From contig CAXXET010000004.1 of NCBI GenBank assembly GCA_963666115.2, positions 160,001-224,000 of the forward strand: a stretch of DNA of 64,000 nucleotides. Direction: 5' to 3'. Made by a program: the position numbers and the translations under genes. The notes beneath the pieces are model-generated. The model searched no databases. It was not told the DNA's origin and saw only the letters and a list, made by a program, of their open reading frames with translations. Positions 19,732-29,566 of the stretch are shown here, one piece after another. The first letter of the stretch is position 1. Each line of letters opens with the position of its first letter. This stretch comes from Dehalococcoidia bacterium. Its GTDB lineage: Bacteria > Chloroflexota > Dehalococcoidia > UBA6926.

Positions 19732-20665
19732 CCACGCTCCCCGGCAGCCCCCGCTCCCGCATCGCGACCTCACGCTCCTCCTGGAACAGCAGTTGCTGCG
19801 CGTACGCCGCGTATCTGCCGAATCGCTCCCGCCCCCACGCCGCAATCGCGTCCTCCGGCGTCTTTGCCCCATCCAGGTACAAGCGCGTCACCGCCCGGCT
19901 CACCCACCGGTCAACCGCGAACGCCTCCGTGTGGTCCAGCGAAAACGCGAGGATGCAGTCGGCAATCTTCGGCCCAATCCCCTTGAATGCCAACAGCCCC
20001 GCCTTGGCCTCCTCGTAGGACGATGACCGCAGCGCGCCGAAGTCTATCTCCCCCTCCGCGATGCGGACAGCCGCCGACGCCAGGAACGGCGCGCGAAACC
20101 CTAGCCCGATCTCGCGCAAGCGCCCCTCCCCCAACCGCGCCACCGCGTCCGGCTCGGGAACGCGGTACACCGTCTGCCCCCACGCCGCGCCGCTCACCCC
20201 GCACGCCTCCGCCAGGTTCTGCATATTCCTCTTAATGCGAGGCAAATGGCACTGCGCGCTGATGATGAAGCTCGCAAGGCACTCCCACGGCTCCTGCCGC
20301 AGCAGGCCAAGCCCCGGCCACCGCTCCATCACCTCCGCCAACGTCGCATCTGCCGATAGCGCCCGGCGAATAGCCGTCCGGTCGTCGTCCAGCCTCAGGT
20401 AGCGAACCACCATCCCCGCCGCCGCGCCATCGGACAGCCCCGCGTCGTGCGCCTCAACCTCCAGCGCGCCCCGGCCGTCACCGCCGTCGTCGATATGCCG
20501 GATGCGAACCGGATGCCCATAAACCGTCCCAATCCACCAGCCGCCGTCCTCGCCCTCCGGCGCACTCCAGCCGAATGCCTGCCCCTCATCCAGCGACGCC
20601 GGCAGGTCGAGCGGTGAATCCAACTCGATCCGCGCTGCCTCCCCGCCCGCCGTGTCATCCCCCAT
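19688..20665 (-). CDS. 8-oxoguanine DNA glycosylase (OGG1-like, HhH-GPD)
   Basis: GQAFGW, LRQEPWECLASFIIS, GLGFRA, KGIGPKIADCILAF, FAVD, YAQQLLF. Confidence 0.9.
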   Translation of the reverse strand: MGDDTAGGEAARIELDSPLDLPASLDEGQAFGWSAPEGEDGGWWIGTVYGHPVRIRHIDDGGDGRGALEVEAHDAGLSDGAAAGMVVRYLRLDDDRTAIRRALSADATLAEVMERWPGLGLLRQEPWECLASFIISAQCHLPRIKRNMQNLAEACGVSGAAWGQTVYRVPEPDAVARLGEGRLREIGLGFRAPFLASAAVRIAEGEIDFGALRSSSYEEAKAGLLAFKGIGPKIADCILAFSLDHTEAFAVDRWVSRAVTRLYLDGAKTPEDAIAAWGRERFGRYAAYAQQLLFQEEREVAMRERGLPGSVAIRRRRQNRAPSTA

Positions 20666-23501
20666 CGGCGCTGAACCAATCCCGCACCTCGTCGCCCAGT
20701 CGATCGAGCGTCGGCGTCTGCACGTTGGACGTGGGAAGCGCGTCGATGAACGCCGCCCCGTACGCGCGATTCAACACCCGTGAATCTAGCACGATGATCA
20801 CGCCCTGGTCCTTCGTGCTCCGAAGCAGCCGCCCAACGCCCTGCTTGAACCGTAGCAGCGACCGCGGAATCTGGAACTCGCTGAAAGCGTTCTCATACGT
20901 CTCGCCACGCGCCGCGATAATCGGGTCGGACGGCACGTCAAACGGAAGGCGCGTAACGATGAGCGCTTTCAAAGCGTCGCCCGGCAAATCGACCCCCTCC
21001 CAAAAAGCCGCCGCCCCCAGGATGACAATTCCCTTGCGAAGCCGCGCAATCTCCGCCAGCCGGTCAGGCGCCCCGTCGATCCCCTGCCCCAGCACGCTGA
21101 TGTCGCGCTCCCGCAGCACGGAACTGACCGTCGTGTACGTTTGGCGCAGGGAGGCGTGCGACGTGAACAGCGCAAGCACGCCGCCCCCCGTCGCCGTGGC
21201 AACATCCATGATCGCCTGCTGAACCGCCTTGCCGTAGGCGTTGTTGTTCGGGTCCGGCACGTCGGCGGGAACCATCGCCGCCGCCGCATCCTCCGGCCCC
21301 AGCGCGATTCTCACCTGTAGCGTTGCCGGCTCATCGAGCCCCAGCCGGTCGCTGATGAATCCAAAGGAATCGTCCGTCGTCAGCGTCGCGCTTGAAAGCA
21401 CAACCGACTTGCGGTCGGCGAACGGGCCGCTCGCGAGGTGCGGCGCGACGGACATCGGCGCCCAGTGCAGCGAGATGCTGCCCCGCTGATCACGCGGCGT
21501 TTCAAGCCACGTGATGTCCTCATCCTGGTTCACGTCCCGCATGACGGACTGGAGCCGCGCCCTCACGTCGGATAGACGCCGCATCACGTCGTCCACGTCC
21601 GTAGACGGCCCCTGCCGGCCTTGCGCCGTTTGTAGCGCCGATCTCAACCGCGAATCGACTAGGTTGCCGACTGCCGAGAGCGCCGCGTCCAGTTCCTCCC
21701 ATGCTTTCGCGGTCTCCCGCCACTCATCCGTTTCCCGTGCCCGTTCCGTCAACCGCACGGCTTGATCGCCTCCCCGATCCGAGCGCGCCCCCGCGGCCAA
21801 CGCGCCCACGGCCCGGAAGAACTGCCCGGACCGGCTCGTCCCGTTTCGCGCCGCCGCCGCAACCTCCGCGCCCGCCGCCTCGATGGTGGCCCGCTGCGAA
21901 CCCCCAATCTCCTCAGATCCGTTGAGCGCCGCCGCCACAAACCGCGATCCGCCGTCGTCCGAATCCGCCCCAAGCAAGTTGAGCAGCTCGTTCACGTCGC
22001 TGTGAGAGATGCTGAGGCCGTAGTGGTCCGTCGCCTCACGTTCGAGATTATGTGCCTCGTCCAGAATCACGTGGGGAATCTCACCAAGAACATTCCCGCC
22101 GGAAGACGAGTCCGCCAGCAAAAGAGCATGATTCGTGATCACCAGGTGCGCCGCCTGCGCGGCCCTCCGAGCCCGCCCAATGAAGCACAGCCCCTCACGC
22201 TCATACGCGCAGTTGCCGTGCCCCTCCTCCGATCCTGCGGACAGGCTTGACCAGCGCGCCGCCTCCTGCTGGCCCATCGGCAGCTCGCCAAGATCGCCGC
22301 TTTCCGTCGATTCCAGCCAAACCGCAAGCCGCGCATAGAACGCCGCATCGCCGGTTCCCACCTCAAGAGTAGGGTTCCCCAGCCGCGACAGCAGCCGCGT
22401 GATGCAAAGATAATTCCCCCTGCCCTTCAGCACCGCCACTCGCACCTCGTCCGGCGACAGCCCAAGCGCCCGCAACGCGACCGGCACGTCCTTGGCAGCA
22501 AGTTGCTCCTGCAAACCGCGCGTGGACGTGGCCACGACGACCTGCTCCTCGTCCGACTGCGCCCGCCGGATAGCCGGTATCAGGTAGCCCAGTGATTTGC
22601 CCGTCCCCGGCGGCGCCTCCAACAGGAGCGTTCGCCCCGCCTCCTGGATGGCATCCACCGCCCGCGCCATCTCCAACTGCTGCCCGCGCGGCTCATACGC
22701 GCTCCCAAGCGCCAGGGCAAGCCCGCCGCCGGCTGCAAACGCCGCCGCAACCGCTGCGCTCCCGTCCTGGGTTATCGTCATCCTCCGTTGGCGCGTCTCG
22801 GACTCCACGCTCGGCTTGCCAAGACGCTCGGTCAACTGCCGGACAACCCGCTCAGGCCCGTCGCTCGCAATGCCCTGCTGCTGCGCCGCCAACGCGAAGA
22901 CCTGCCCCGCTCGCCACTCCCCCGGCGCGCGCTCCGAAAGTGACCGGATCATCGCCAGCGTGGCCGGCTCAAGCGCGAGAATCCTGTCCCAAAACGCGAG
23001 AAACACCTGCGCCGTCGCCTCCGCGTCCGCCAGTGCCCGGTGCGGGCTCTCGTTCACAACGCCCAGCTCCTCGATGAGCCACGCAAGCGAATGGCTGGCC
23101 GCCGACGGCCGCATGATTCGGGAGAGGTCGAGCGTATCGAACACGGCGCCGCTCGGCGTCACCCCGTTCGCGTTAAGGAAATTAAGATCGAACTGGTAGT
23201 TCTGCCCCACCATCGGCAAGTCGCCGATGAACGCCGCAAGCTCATCCGCAATCGCGGTGAACGGCGGCGCGCCAACAAGATCGGCATCCGTAATGCCGGT
23301 CAGCACGGACACGAAATCAGGAATCGCATGGCCCGGATTGACCAGCCGCTGAAAGCTGTCGACGATCCTCCCGCCCTCGACCTTCACCGCCCCAACCTCG
23401 ATGATGCGGTCGTTCTCCGCGTTCAGCCCCGTCGTTTCCAGGTCAAGGGCAACGAACGCCAGCGGAAACGCCGCCGTGTCGGACGCGCGCGCCGCAGTCA
23501 T
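20655..23501 (-). CDS. dinG: DEDDh 3'-5' exonuclease-DinG helicase fusion
   Basis: DLETTG..HRALADA exonuclease; APPGTGKS, KGRGNYLC, DEAH, SATL, FWEGVD, QGVGRLLR. Confidence 0.9.
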   Translation of the reverse strand: MTAARASDTAAFPLAFVALDLETTGLNAENDRIIEVGAVKVEGGRIVDSFQRLVNPGHAIPDFVSVLTGITDADLVGAPPFTAIADELAAFIGDLPMVGQNYQFDLNFLNANGVTPSGAVFDTLDLSRIMRPSAASHSLAWLIEELGVVNESPHRALADAEATAQVFLAFWDRILALEPATLAMIRSLSERAPGEWRAGQVFALAAQQQGIASDGPERVVRQLTERLGKPSVESETRQRRMTITQDGSAAVAAAFAAGGGLALALGSAYEPRGQQLEMARAVDAIQEAGRTLLLEAPPGTGKSLGYLIPAIRRAQSDEEQVVVATSTRGLQEQLAAKDVPVALRALGLSPDEVRVAVLKGRGNYLCITRLLSRLGNPTLEVGTGDAAFYARLAVWLESTESGDLGELPMGQQEAARWSSLSAGSEEGHGNCAYEREGLCFIGRARRAAQAAHLVITNHALLLADSSSGGNVLGEIPHVILDEAHNLEREATDHYGLSISHSDVNELLNLLGADSDDGGSRFVAAALNGSEEIGGSQRATIEAAGAEVAAAARNGTSRSGQFFRAVGALAAGARSDRGGDQAVRLTERARETDEWRETAKAWEELDAALSAVGNLVDSRLRSALQTAQGRQGPSTDVDDVMRRLSDVRARLQSVMRDVNQDEDITWLETPRDQRGSISLHWAPMSVAPHLASGPFADRKSVVLSSATLTTDDSFGFISDRLGLDEPATLQVRIALGPEDAAAAMVPADVPDPNNNAYGKAVQQAIMDVATATGGGVLALFTSHASLRQTYTTVSSVLRERDISVLGQGIDGAPDRLAEIARLRKGIVILGAAAFWEGVDLPGDALKALIVTRLPFDVPSDPIIAARGETYENAFSEFQIPRSLLRFKQGVGRLLRSTKDQGVIIVLDSRVLNRAYGAAFIDALPTSNVQTPTLDRLGDEVRDWFSADGG

Positions 23502-24199
23502 CCCACGCCCACGGCATGGAGGTCGTCGGCCCGCTCCTCCCAATACGAAATCGTGCTGCCCCGCAGCAATGAGCCGGTCGGATAATAGCGCCCCGCGCGT
23601 ATCTCCTCGATGAACTCCTCCACGTTGGACACGTCCCGCTCCGTCACAATCGCCCCGGAGCCGATGCCGGACGTCGAATGCGCGTCCCCGCCGCCGACCC
23701 CAATGCGCCCCAATCGCTCCGCCACCTGCAGCGCGAACAGGTTCTCCTGCGCGTTGTTCGCCCCGTTCACAACCTCCAGCTCGTCCGTCAGCTTGAAGAT
23801 CGGGAGATCGGCCGCCTCCTCCAGGCTGTACTGCTTCGACCAGCCGTTGATCCGCGGATCATCGAACATGCGGCGAAAAGGATGTGCCGCGATCATGATG
23901 CCGTCGGACGCCTGCACCACCCGCCGCAGGATCTCAGCGCGGTGAATGCCGGACGAATACCCCGTCAGGCCGAAGCACGTGATGTGCCCCAAATCCGTGG
24001 CCACCTCCATGCCGGGAATGACCAGGAAATCATGCTCGGCGGAGAACCGCTCCATCTGGTAGGAGTCCCAGACCGTGCCGTGCTCCGTCACGCACACACC
24101 GTCCAACCCAACGGCCTTGGCAACCGTCACAAGGTCCTGTGGCGAGAGGCCGCTGTCGGATGAGCCGACATGCGTGTGTACGTGAAGATCCAGTTTCAT
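23498..24199 (-). CDS. PHP-domain metal-dependent phosphoesterase
   Basis: DLHVHT, VTEH, GMEV, GH, AHP, GGDAH. Confidence 0.88.
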   Translation of the reverse strand: MKLDLHVHTHVGSSDSGLSPQDLVTVAKAVGLDGVCVTEHGTVWDSYQMERFSAEHDFLVIPGMEVATDLGHITCFGLTGYSSGIHRAEILRRVVQASDGIMIAAHPFRRMFDDPRINGWSKQYSLEEAADLPIFKLTDELEVVNGANNAQENLFALQVAERLGRIGVGGGDAHSTSGIGSGAIVTERDVSNVEEFIEEIRAGRYYPTGSLLRGSTISYWEERADDLHAVGVG

Positions 24200-24266
24200 G
24201 ATGACTAAGACGACATTCGCATTCTACCCCATCCCCGCCCCTATCTGTCATTCACCCTGCCCCACA

Positions 24267-24293
24267 TGTCATTCTGAGCGCAGCGAAGAATCT
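24267..24293 (+). repeat. REP-like palindrome subtype A1 with a truncated head upstream (24246)
   Basis: TGTCATTCTGAGCGCAGCGAAGAATCT. Confidence 0.85.
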
Positions 24294-24357
24294 CACCCCG
24301 CCCCACCAAAATCAGTTACCCTGTCCATACTGGCTACGCTCGCCCCGGAGGCCCAAA

Positions 24358-24609
24358 ATGTACCGCATCACCATATCGACGCAGGAACACGGAACCATCC
24401 TGGACCAGGAGCTCATGGGCTTCGTCCTGATCCGAAAGATGCTGTGCGAGCACGAAGACCCCACGCACGAACCGGTGATGAGCATGGAATCAAGAGGCGT
24501 CAACGGCTACGAGCAGATCGGCCTCCTCGAATGGGCCAAAGCCGTAACAACGGCAGACATGCTAACAGACATGGAAGAAGGCCCCGGCCTGGCAGACTAC
24601 CCCAACTAA
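24358..24609 (+). CDS. Hypothetical protein (83 aa)
   Basis: GGAGG RBS, host-like codon usage; immediately upstream of the Gabija pair. Confidence 0.6.
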   Translation: MYRITISTQEHGTILDQELMGFVLIRKMLCEHEDPTHEPVMSMESRGVNGYEQIGLLEWAKAVTTADMLTDMEEGPGLADYPN

Positions 24610-24637
24610 GGTGGGATGGTGGTAGCCTAGAACCTCG

Positions 24638-26635
24638 ATGAGAATCGAACAGATAACCCTAACCTCGTTCCAGTGCTTTGGTGCCGATCCGGTTTCAATC
24701 GACCTTTCCGGCGGCCTGACAGCGTTTATAGGCGAGAATGGCTCCGGCAAGACAGCCGTCATGCAGGCATTGCAGCGGATGTTTGGCACCTCGACCGGCC
24801 AGCGCCAGATTCGGCGATCAGACTTTCACGTGGCCAATGATAAAGAGGCACTGGAGGACGGTTCCAAGCTATCCATTGAAGTGAGGTTGGGGTTCCCGGA
24901 ACTGCTCCGCGAAAACGAAGCGAATGGGAATCCCGCCGATCGCTCTGCAATCCCGGAATTCTTTGACCAGATGGCAGTTGGTGAGGACGGGGGAAGCCCG
25001 AAGTGTCGTCTCTTGCTTGAAGCCACGTGGACGGATAACGGCACGATTGAGGGCGATATCGAGCAAGGCTATTGGGCCATCACTTCTCTCGCCGACAACT
25101 ATCAGGAGGACGACCGGAAGCGAGTGTCTGCGACAGATCGCGCCCGAATCCAAATGGTTTACCTGCCGTCAAATCGAGACGCGACCTCTGAGGTCGCCTC
25201 GTTCCTGCGAGGGACAATTTGGAGGGCGATCGAATGGAGCGAGGATTTCCAAGAAGGAGTGAGGCAGGCGACCAAAAGTCTGTCCGCTGACTTCGCCCGT
25301 GAATCGGGCGTGCGTTACATTACGGCGTCCCTGTTGGGCAAGTGGTCAAAACTATCGGACGGAAACCCGACGGCAAATCCTGAATTTTCTCCGCTTGCCC
25401 AGCACTTCGAGGATTTCATTCGACGCGCAGAGGTTTCATTCAAGCCAGGGCATGACGGCCGTCCTTTGGGACTACAGGAGCTTGGTGACGGCCAACGTGC
25501 ACTGTTTCATATCGGAATGACACTGGCCACCCTGGACCTGGAATCAAAACTCAGGACGGGAGAGGCTCAGGGGTTCAAGGATAATCACGTCCATTTGCCG
25601 GCCCTTACCCTCTTGGCCGTCGAAGAGCCCGAGAACAATCTAGCACCCTTCTACTTGTCTAGGATCATTGACGAAATTCAGCAACTCGCGAGCGATTCCG
25701 AACATGTTCAGGCAGTGATCGCAAGCCATTCGGCAAGCCTGCTTGGCCGTGTAGACCCTGGCGATGTACGCCATTTCAGATTGAGGCAGCCAACTCGAAC
25801 AACAGTGGTCAATGCCATTAGGCTGCCTGCTGAGCCTGAGAATGAGAGCAAGTTCGTGCGAGAAGCAGTGCGGGCATATCCGGAGCTCTATTTCGCTCGG
25901 TTCGTGGTTCTCGGTGAAGGGGCATCCGAACAAATCGTGATTCCTCGAATCGCTGCGGCGCTTGACATCAATATCGACCGATCTTTTGTCGCCGTGGTGC
26001 CCTTGGGTGGCCGACACGTGAACCACTTTTGGCGCCTCCTAGAGGATCTGGACATCCCCCATGCAACCCTGCTTGACCTGGACACAGGCCGCTTCGGCGG
26101 TGGCTGGGGGCGCGTGAAATATGTCTGCCGAGAGTTACTCCAGGGTGGTATCAATCCCAGTGAGTTGCTCGGAGAGAATCCCAAGGAAACTAGTTGGAAT
26201 GAGGTCCTTGAGGCTTTCGATAGACGCCCCTTGGACAAGTCCATACAAGAGTGGATAACTCGGCTACGAGCCTTTGGCGTCTACTTCTCGGAACCGCTTG
26301 ATCTCGACATGATGATGCTGGGCACTTACCCGGAAAACTACTGCGTTGTCCCGGCCAATCGAAGCGGTCCTCAGGGCGGAGCAGAGGAAGAAGCACGAGC
26401 AAAGAGAGCGGTATTGGGAGAGCAGCACCAGACTACTCCTCTCCACGATTCCGGGGACGGGCTATTCGCATGGTACCGGTACCTGTTCCTTGGGCGAAGC
26501 AAACCAGATACACATCTTCGCGTGCTCAGTCAGATTGAGGCCGATACAATTCGCAGCAACGTCCCTGATGTTCTCAGAGCACTCTTGGACCGGGTTCAGA
26601 ATCAACTAAGCAGATCGAATGAGGAGCAGCAATAG
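24638..26635 (+). CDS. gajA: OLD-family ATPase/TOPRIM nuclease (Gabija GajA)
   Basis: GENGSGKT Walker A, LGDGQ, AVEEPENNL, ASHS, FARFVVLGEGASE TOPRIM, DLD; paired with a UvrD helicase. Confidence 0.85.
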   Translation: MRIEQITLTSFQCFGADPVSIDLSGGLTAFIGENGSGKTAVMQALQRMFGTSTGQRQIRRSDFHVANDKEALEDGSKLSIEVRLGFPELLRENEANGNPADRSAIPEFFDQMAVGEDGGSPKCRLLLEATWTDNGTIEGDIEQGYWAITSLADNYQEDDRKRVSATDRARIQMVYLPSNRDATSEVASFLRGTIWRAIEWSEDFQEGVRQATKSLSADFARESGVRYITASLLGKWSKLSDGNPTANPEFSPLAQHFEDFIRRAEVSFKPGHDGRPLGLQELGDGQRALFHIGMTLATLDLESKLRTGEAQGFKDNHVHLPALTLLAVEEPENNLAPFYLSRIIDEIQQLASDSEHVQAVIASHSASLLGRVDPGDVRHFRLRQPTRTTVVNAIRLPAEPENESKFVREAVRAYPELYFARFVVLGEGASEQIVIPRIAAALDINIDRSFVAVVPLGGRHVNHFWRLLEDLDIPHATLLDLDTGRFGGGWGRVKYVCRELLQGGINPSELLGENPKETSWNEVLEAFDRRPLDKSIQEWITRLRAFGVYFSEPLDLDMMMLGTYPENYCVVPANRSGPQGGAEEEARAKRAVLGEQHQTTPLHDSGDGLFAWYRYLFLGRSKPDTHLRVLSQIEADTIRSNVPDVLRALLDRVQNQLSRSNEEQQ

Positions 26636-26636
26636 G

Positions 26637-28517
26637 TTGGCTTCCACAGTGAACCCAGATGCATGGCACCCCATCGACGTCGAAGATCTTGAACCAAACG
26701 CTTGGGAGGCCCTAAGGCGCGAAGGCTCAACCTTGGTGCTTGCAGGGCCCGGAGCTGGCAAGACAGAGTTTCTTGCTCAGCGAGCCGCCTACCTCCTGCA
26801 GACAGGGTTGTGCCCCGCTCCATATCGAATCTTGGCCATCAGTTTCAAGCGTGACGCAGCTGCGAATTTGAAGCGGCGAGTGGATTCGCGTTGCACCGTA
26901 AGCGAGGCAAGGCGCTTTGTATCCATGACGTTCGATGCGCTCACCAAGGCAATCGTCGATCGGTTCTGGAATGCTCTTCCAGATGCATGGCGACCGACGA
27001 ATCCTTACGAAATCTACTCCCCTCGGGTGACAGCTATCCGTGGAGTACTCCAGCTAGCTCTGGCCAACGTCGACTCTGCCTGGCAGGCTCAGATTGCAGA
27101 ACTCCAAGAGGGGAGCTTTGAGCAGAGGGCAATTGGCCAGACTAGGATGAATCCTGAACGCCGTGTGCCACAAGATGGCCACGAGTACGCCATTGAACAG
27201 TGGTGGAAGGAAACCCTTGATCGTGAACCATCTTCACTCACTTTCACGTCCTTGAACCGGCTTGCCGAGCTTATCTTCCGGGTGAACCCTGAGGTCAAAC
27301 GCGCTCTGCTTGAGGCCTACCCTTTCGTCTTCCTTGACGAGTTTCAGGACACGACCTATGCCCAATATGGCTTCCTCGAATCTGTGTTCTCTGGCTCAGA
27401 CACCACGGTCACGGCAGTTGGCGACGACAAGCAACGAATCATGACGTGGGCAGGCGCTCACCCAGAAGCGTTTGACGCCTTCCAAAAAGACTTTGAGGCG
27501 GAAAGGGTCCCTCTTCTGATTAACTTCAGGTCTTCCCCTGCCCTCGTCCATCTTCAAACAGTGGTTGGCAGGGCAATCGACCCCAACGCTCCTACACCCG
27601 AATCCAAGGCTCCAAGTCATATAGACGGAGACGTTGCAGAGATCTGGCGATTCCCGACGGATGATAATGAGTCCGAACATGTCGCCGAGTGGCTGAAGAA
27701 CGACATGCGAGACAGAGGACAAATGCCGCGGAATTACGCCCTGCTAGTACGCCAGAAAGCCGACGATTACGAAGCGCAGCTCAAGTGGAACTTCAACGCA
27801 CGTGGTCTGGGTATAAGGAACGAGAGCCATTCGCTCGGTCACACGACGCTACAAGATCTTCTGTCTGAAGACGTCACCGCCTTGGCCCTTTCGCTCCTGA
27901 AGCTGGCCGTCTACAGGCGAGACCCTGACGCATGGGCCATTGTGAATCAGGCATTGCCAGTCCTCCGTGCATTTGATAACGACAATATTGCCGCGCAACG
28001 CACCGCTCAAGATGAATTGACCAGTTACATCAAACATCTGCGGGGTACAGTTGAAGGTGCCCCCGACAGCAAAGCGGTGGAGGGTATCGTTAACAGCCTC
28101 TTTGGTTTCCTCGGCATGGACGCCCTGCTGACGGCTACCACCCGACACCAGGAGACGGAGCAACTGGAAATCATCGTGGAGGCATTCAAGGAGCATCTGA
28201 CCAACTGCGCAAACGAAAGCAAGGATTGGGCTGAATGTATCGACCTCTTCGAGGGCACTCACTCCGTACCCTTGATGACCGTACACAAGAGCAAGGGCCT
28301 CGAATACGACACCATCATCTTCCTGGGACTAGACGATAAGAATTGGTGGAGCTTCGATAGGAATGTCATGGAGGGCCGAGCAACATTCCTCGTTGCGCTC
28401 TCCAGAGCCGAACAACGAGTTATTTTCACTTACGTAGAAGACCGGGCGCGCTCGAAGATCAACGAATTGTATGACCTTTTGAGGGAGGCTGGCGTGCCAG
28501 AGAAGGTCATACCTTAG
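26637..28517 (+). CDS. gajB: UvrD/Rep-family helicase (Gabija GajB)
   Basis: AGPGAGKT, DEFQD, VGDDKQRI, NFRS, MTVHKSKGLEY, VALSRA; start may be 26619 or 26637. Confidence 0.85.
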   Translation: MASTVNPDAWHPIDVEDLEPNAWEALRREGSTLVLAGPGAGKTEFLAQRAAYLLQTGLCPAPYRILAISFKRDAAANLKRRVDSRCTVSEARRFVSMTFDALTKAIVDRFWNALPDAWRPTNPYEIYSPRVTAIRGVLQLALANVDSAWQAQIAELQEGSFEQRAIGQTRMNPERRVPQDGHEYAIEQWWKETLDREPSSLTFTSLNRLAELIFRVNPEVKRALLEAYPFVFLDEFQDTTYAQYGFLESVFSGSDTTVTAVGDDKQRIMTWAGAHPEAFDAFQKDFEAERVPLLINFRSSPALVHLQTVVGRAIDPNAPTPESKAPSHIDGDVAEIWRFPTDDNESEHVAEWLKNDMRDRGQMPRNYALLVRQKADDYEAQLKWNFNARGLGIRNESHSLGHTTLQDLLSEDVTALALSLLKLAVYRRDPDAWAIVNQALPVLRAFDNDNIAAQRTAQDELTSYIKHLRGTVEGAPDSKAVEGIVNSLFGFLGMDALLTATTRHQETEQLEIIVEAFKEHLTNCANESKDWAECIDLFEGTHSVPLMTVHKSKGLEYDTIIFLGLDDKNWWSFDRNVMEGRATFLVALSRAEQRVIFTYVEDRARSKINELYDLLREAGVPEKVIP

Positions 28518-28585
28518 CGGCTAGACAATATGCCCCCGCAACTTGATCAAGCTTCCTCAGTCCTCGCCGCACGAGCACCGAGGTA

Positions 28586-28747
28586 TCACTCCCGATACAG
28601 CGCGGGATCATAACCCTCGTCCCGCAGCTTCCGGATATCGAACGGCGGCGTGCCCGGCTTGACCTTATCCCGCAGCGTGCCCAGCTTCGAGTAATCGATC
28701 TGTGGCTTGGGCTTGACCTGCCGCTTGGGCTTTGCTTTCGCAGGCAC
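28586..28747 (-). CDS. Small antitoxin-like protein (53 aa)
   Basis: AGGAG RBS + GTG; basic, LGTLRDKV..FDIRKLRD; its stop overlaps a PIN-like stub IGSDTSVLVR. Confidence 0.55.
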   Translation of the reverse strand: MPAKAKPKRQVKPKPQIDYSKLGTLRDKVKPGTPPFDIRKLRDEGYDPALYRE

Positions 28748-28771
28748 ATCGTTCTCCTTGTCGCGACATAC

Positions 28772-28847
28772 TGGTGCCCCCAAGGGGACTCGAACCCCTG
28801 TCGGCGGCTTGAAGGGCCGCAGTCCTGGGCCACTAGACGATGGGGGC
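28772..28847 (-). tRNA. tRNA-Glu (TTC)
   Basis: GCCCCCA..TGGGGGC-A-CCA acceptor, GTTCGAGT T-loop, anticodon stem GCGGC/GCCGC with loop CCTTCAA. Confidence 0.92.
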
Positions 28848-28918
28848 AGGGCACAGTCGCCTCCTCCACTATAGCCATAACACGCCATCCTTGCCGCATC
28901 CACGATAATGGATACACC

Positions 28919-29557
28919 ATGAAAAACCGCCCCATCTCCGTCTTCCTACGCTCCCTCGGCGTCTCCGGCGCCGAGCAGCAGACCGTCGCGCGCGCCGTCC
29001 TCGAAGACGAAAGCTTCACCAACCCCCGCAAGACCAACATGGCCGTCGAGAAAGAACCCGCCGCCGAGGACGCCCTCCGCCGCCGTCTCGCATTCCACTG
29101 CGCCACTACCACGTGCAGCGACACGCTCGAACTCGACGAGATCGACGCCGAATCCCCGCGCCAACTCCTCCTCGTCGAGCGCGAAGCCTGCGAAGTATGC
29201 GGCGGGTCCTCCGACCGGCGCGCCCTCAACGAAATGGCAACCGCCATGACCGCCGCCGGTCTCGCGCGTGCAGTCGTCGTTGGCGGCACAGACCAAAAAG
29301 CCGCCCGGATACTCGAACTCAGCCCGCCGTCCCTCCAATGGCGATTCGTCGATGGACTGGGACACGTCAACCAACGCGACGCGGACAGCGATCTCAGGTG
29401 GGGCGACGTCATCCTCATCTGGGCGCGCACTCCTGCCCTCCACCGCGTCACCAATCTCTACGACGGCCCCCGCACCATCACCGTCCCCACAACCGGCATC
29501 ACCGCCCTCGCCCGCGAGGCCGCCGAATTCGCCCGCCGCCAAAACCGCCGGCGCTGA
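28919..29557 (+). CDS. Hypothetical protein (Cys motifs, DUF2325-like C-terminal domain)
   Basis: 212 aa, CxxxxC and CEVC, AVVVGG, WGDVILIW; GATAAT 8 nt before ATG. Confidence 0.65.
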   Translation: MKNRPISVFLRSLGVSGAEQQTVARAVLEDESFTNPRKTNMAVEKEPAAEDALRRRLAFHCATTTCSDTLELDEIDAESPRQLLLVEREACEVCGGSSDRRALNEMATAMTAAGLARAVVVGGTDQKAARILELSPPSLQWRFVDGLGHVNQRDADSDLRWGDVILIWARTPALHRVTNLYDGPRTITVPTTGITALAREAAEFARRQNRRR

Positions 29558-29566
29558 ATTGCCGCC

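Noticed and set aside
24600-28772. att direct repeat of the tRNA-Glu 3' end bounding the Gabija island
   Set aside because: No duplicate of the tRNA 3' end was seen at the left boundary and no integrase is present
28801-28822. UCA-anticodon (Sec/opal suppressor) tRNA
   Set aside because: The 5-bp stem centres TTC in the 7-nt loop; the body is Glu-like with no long variable arm
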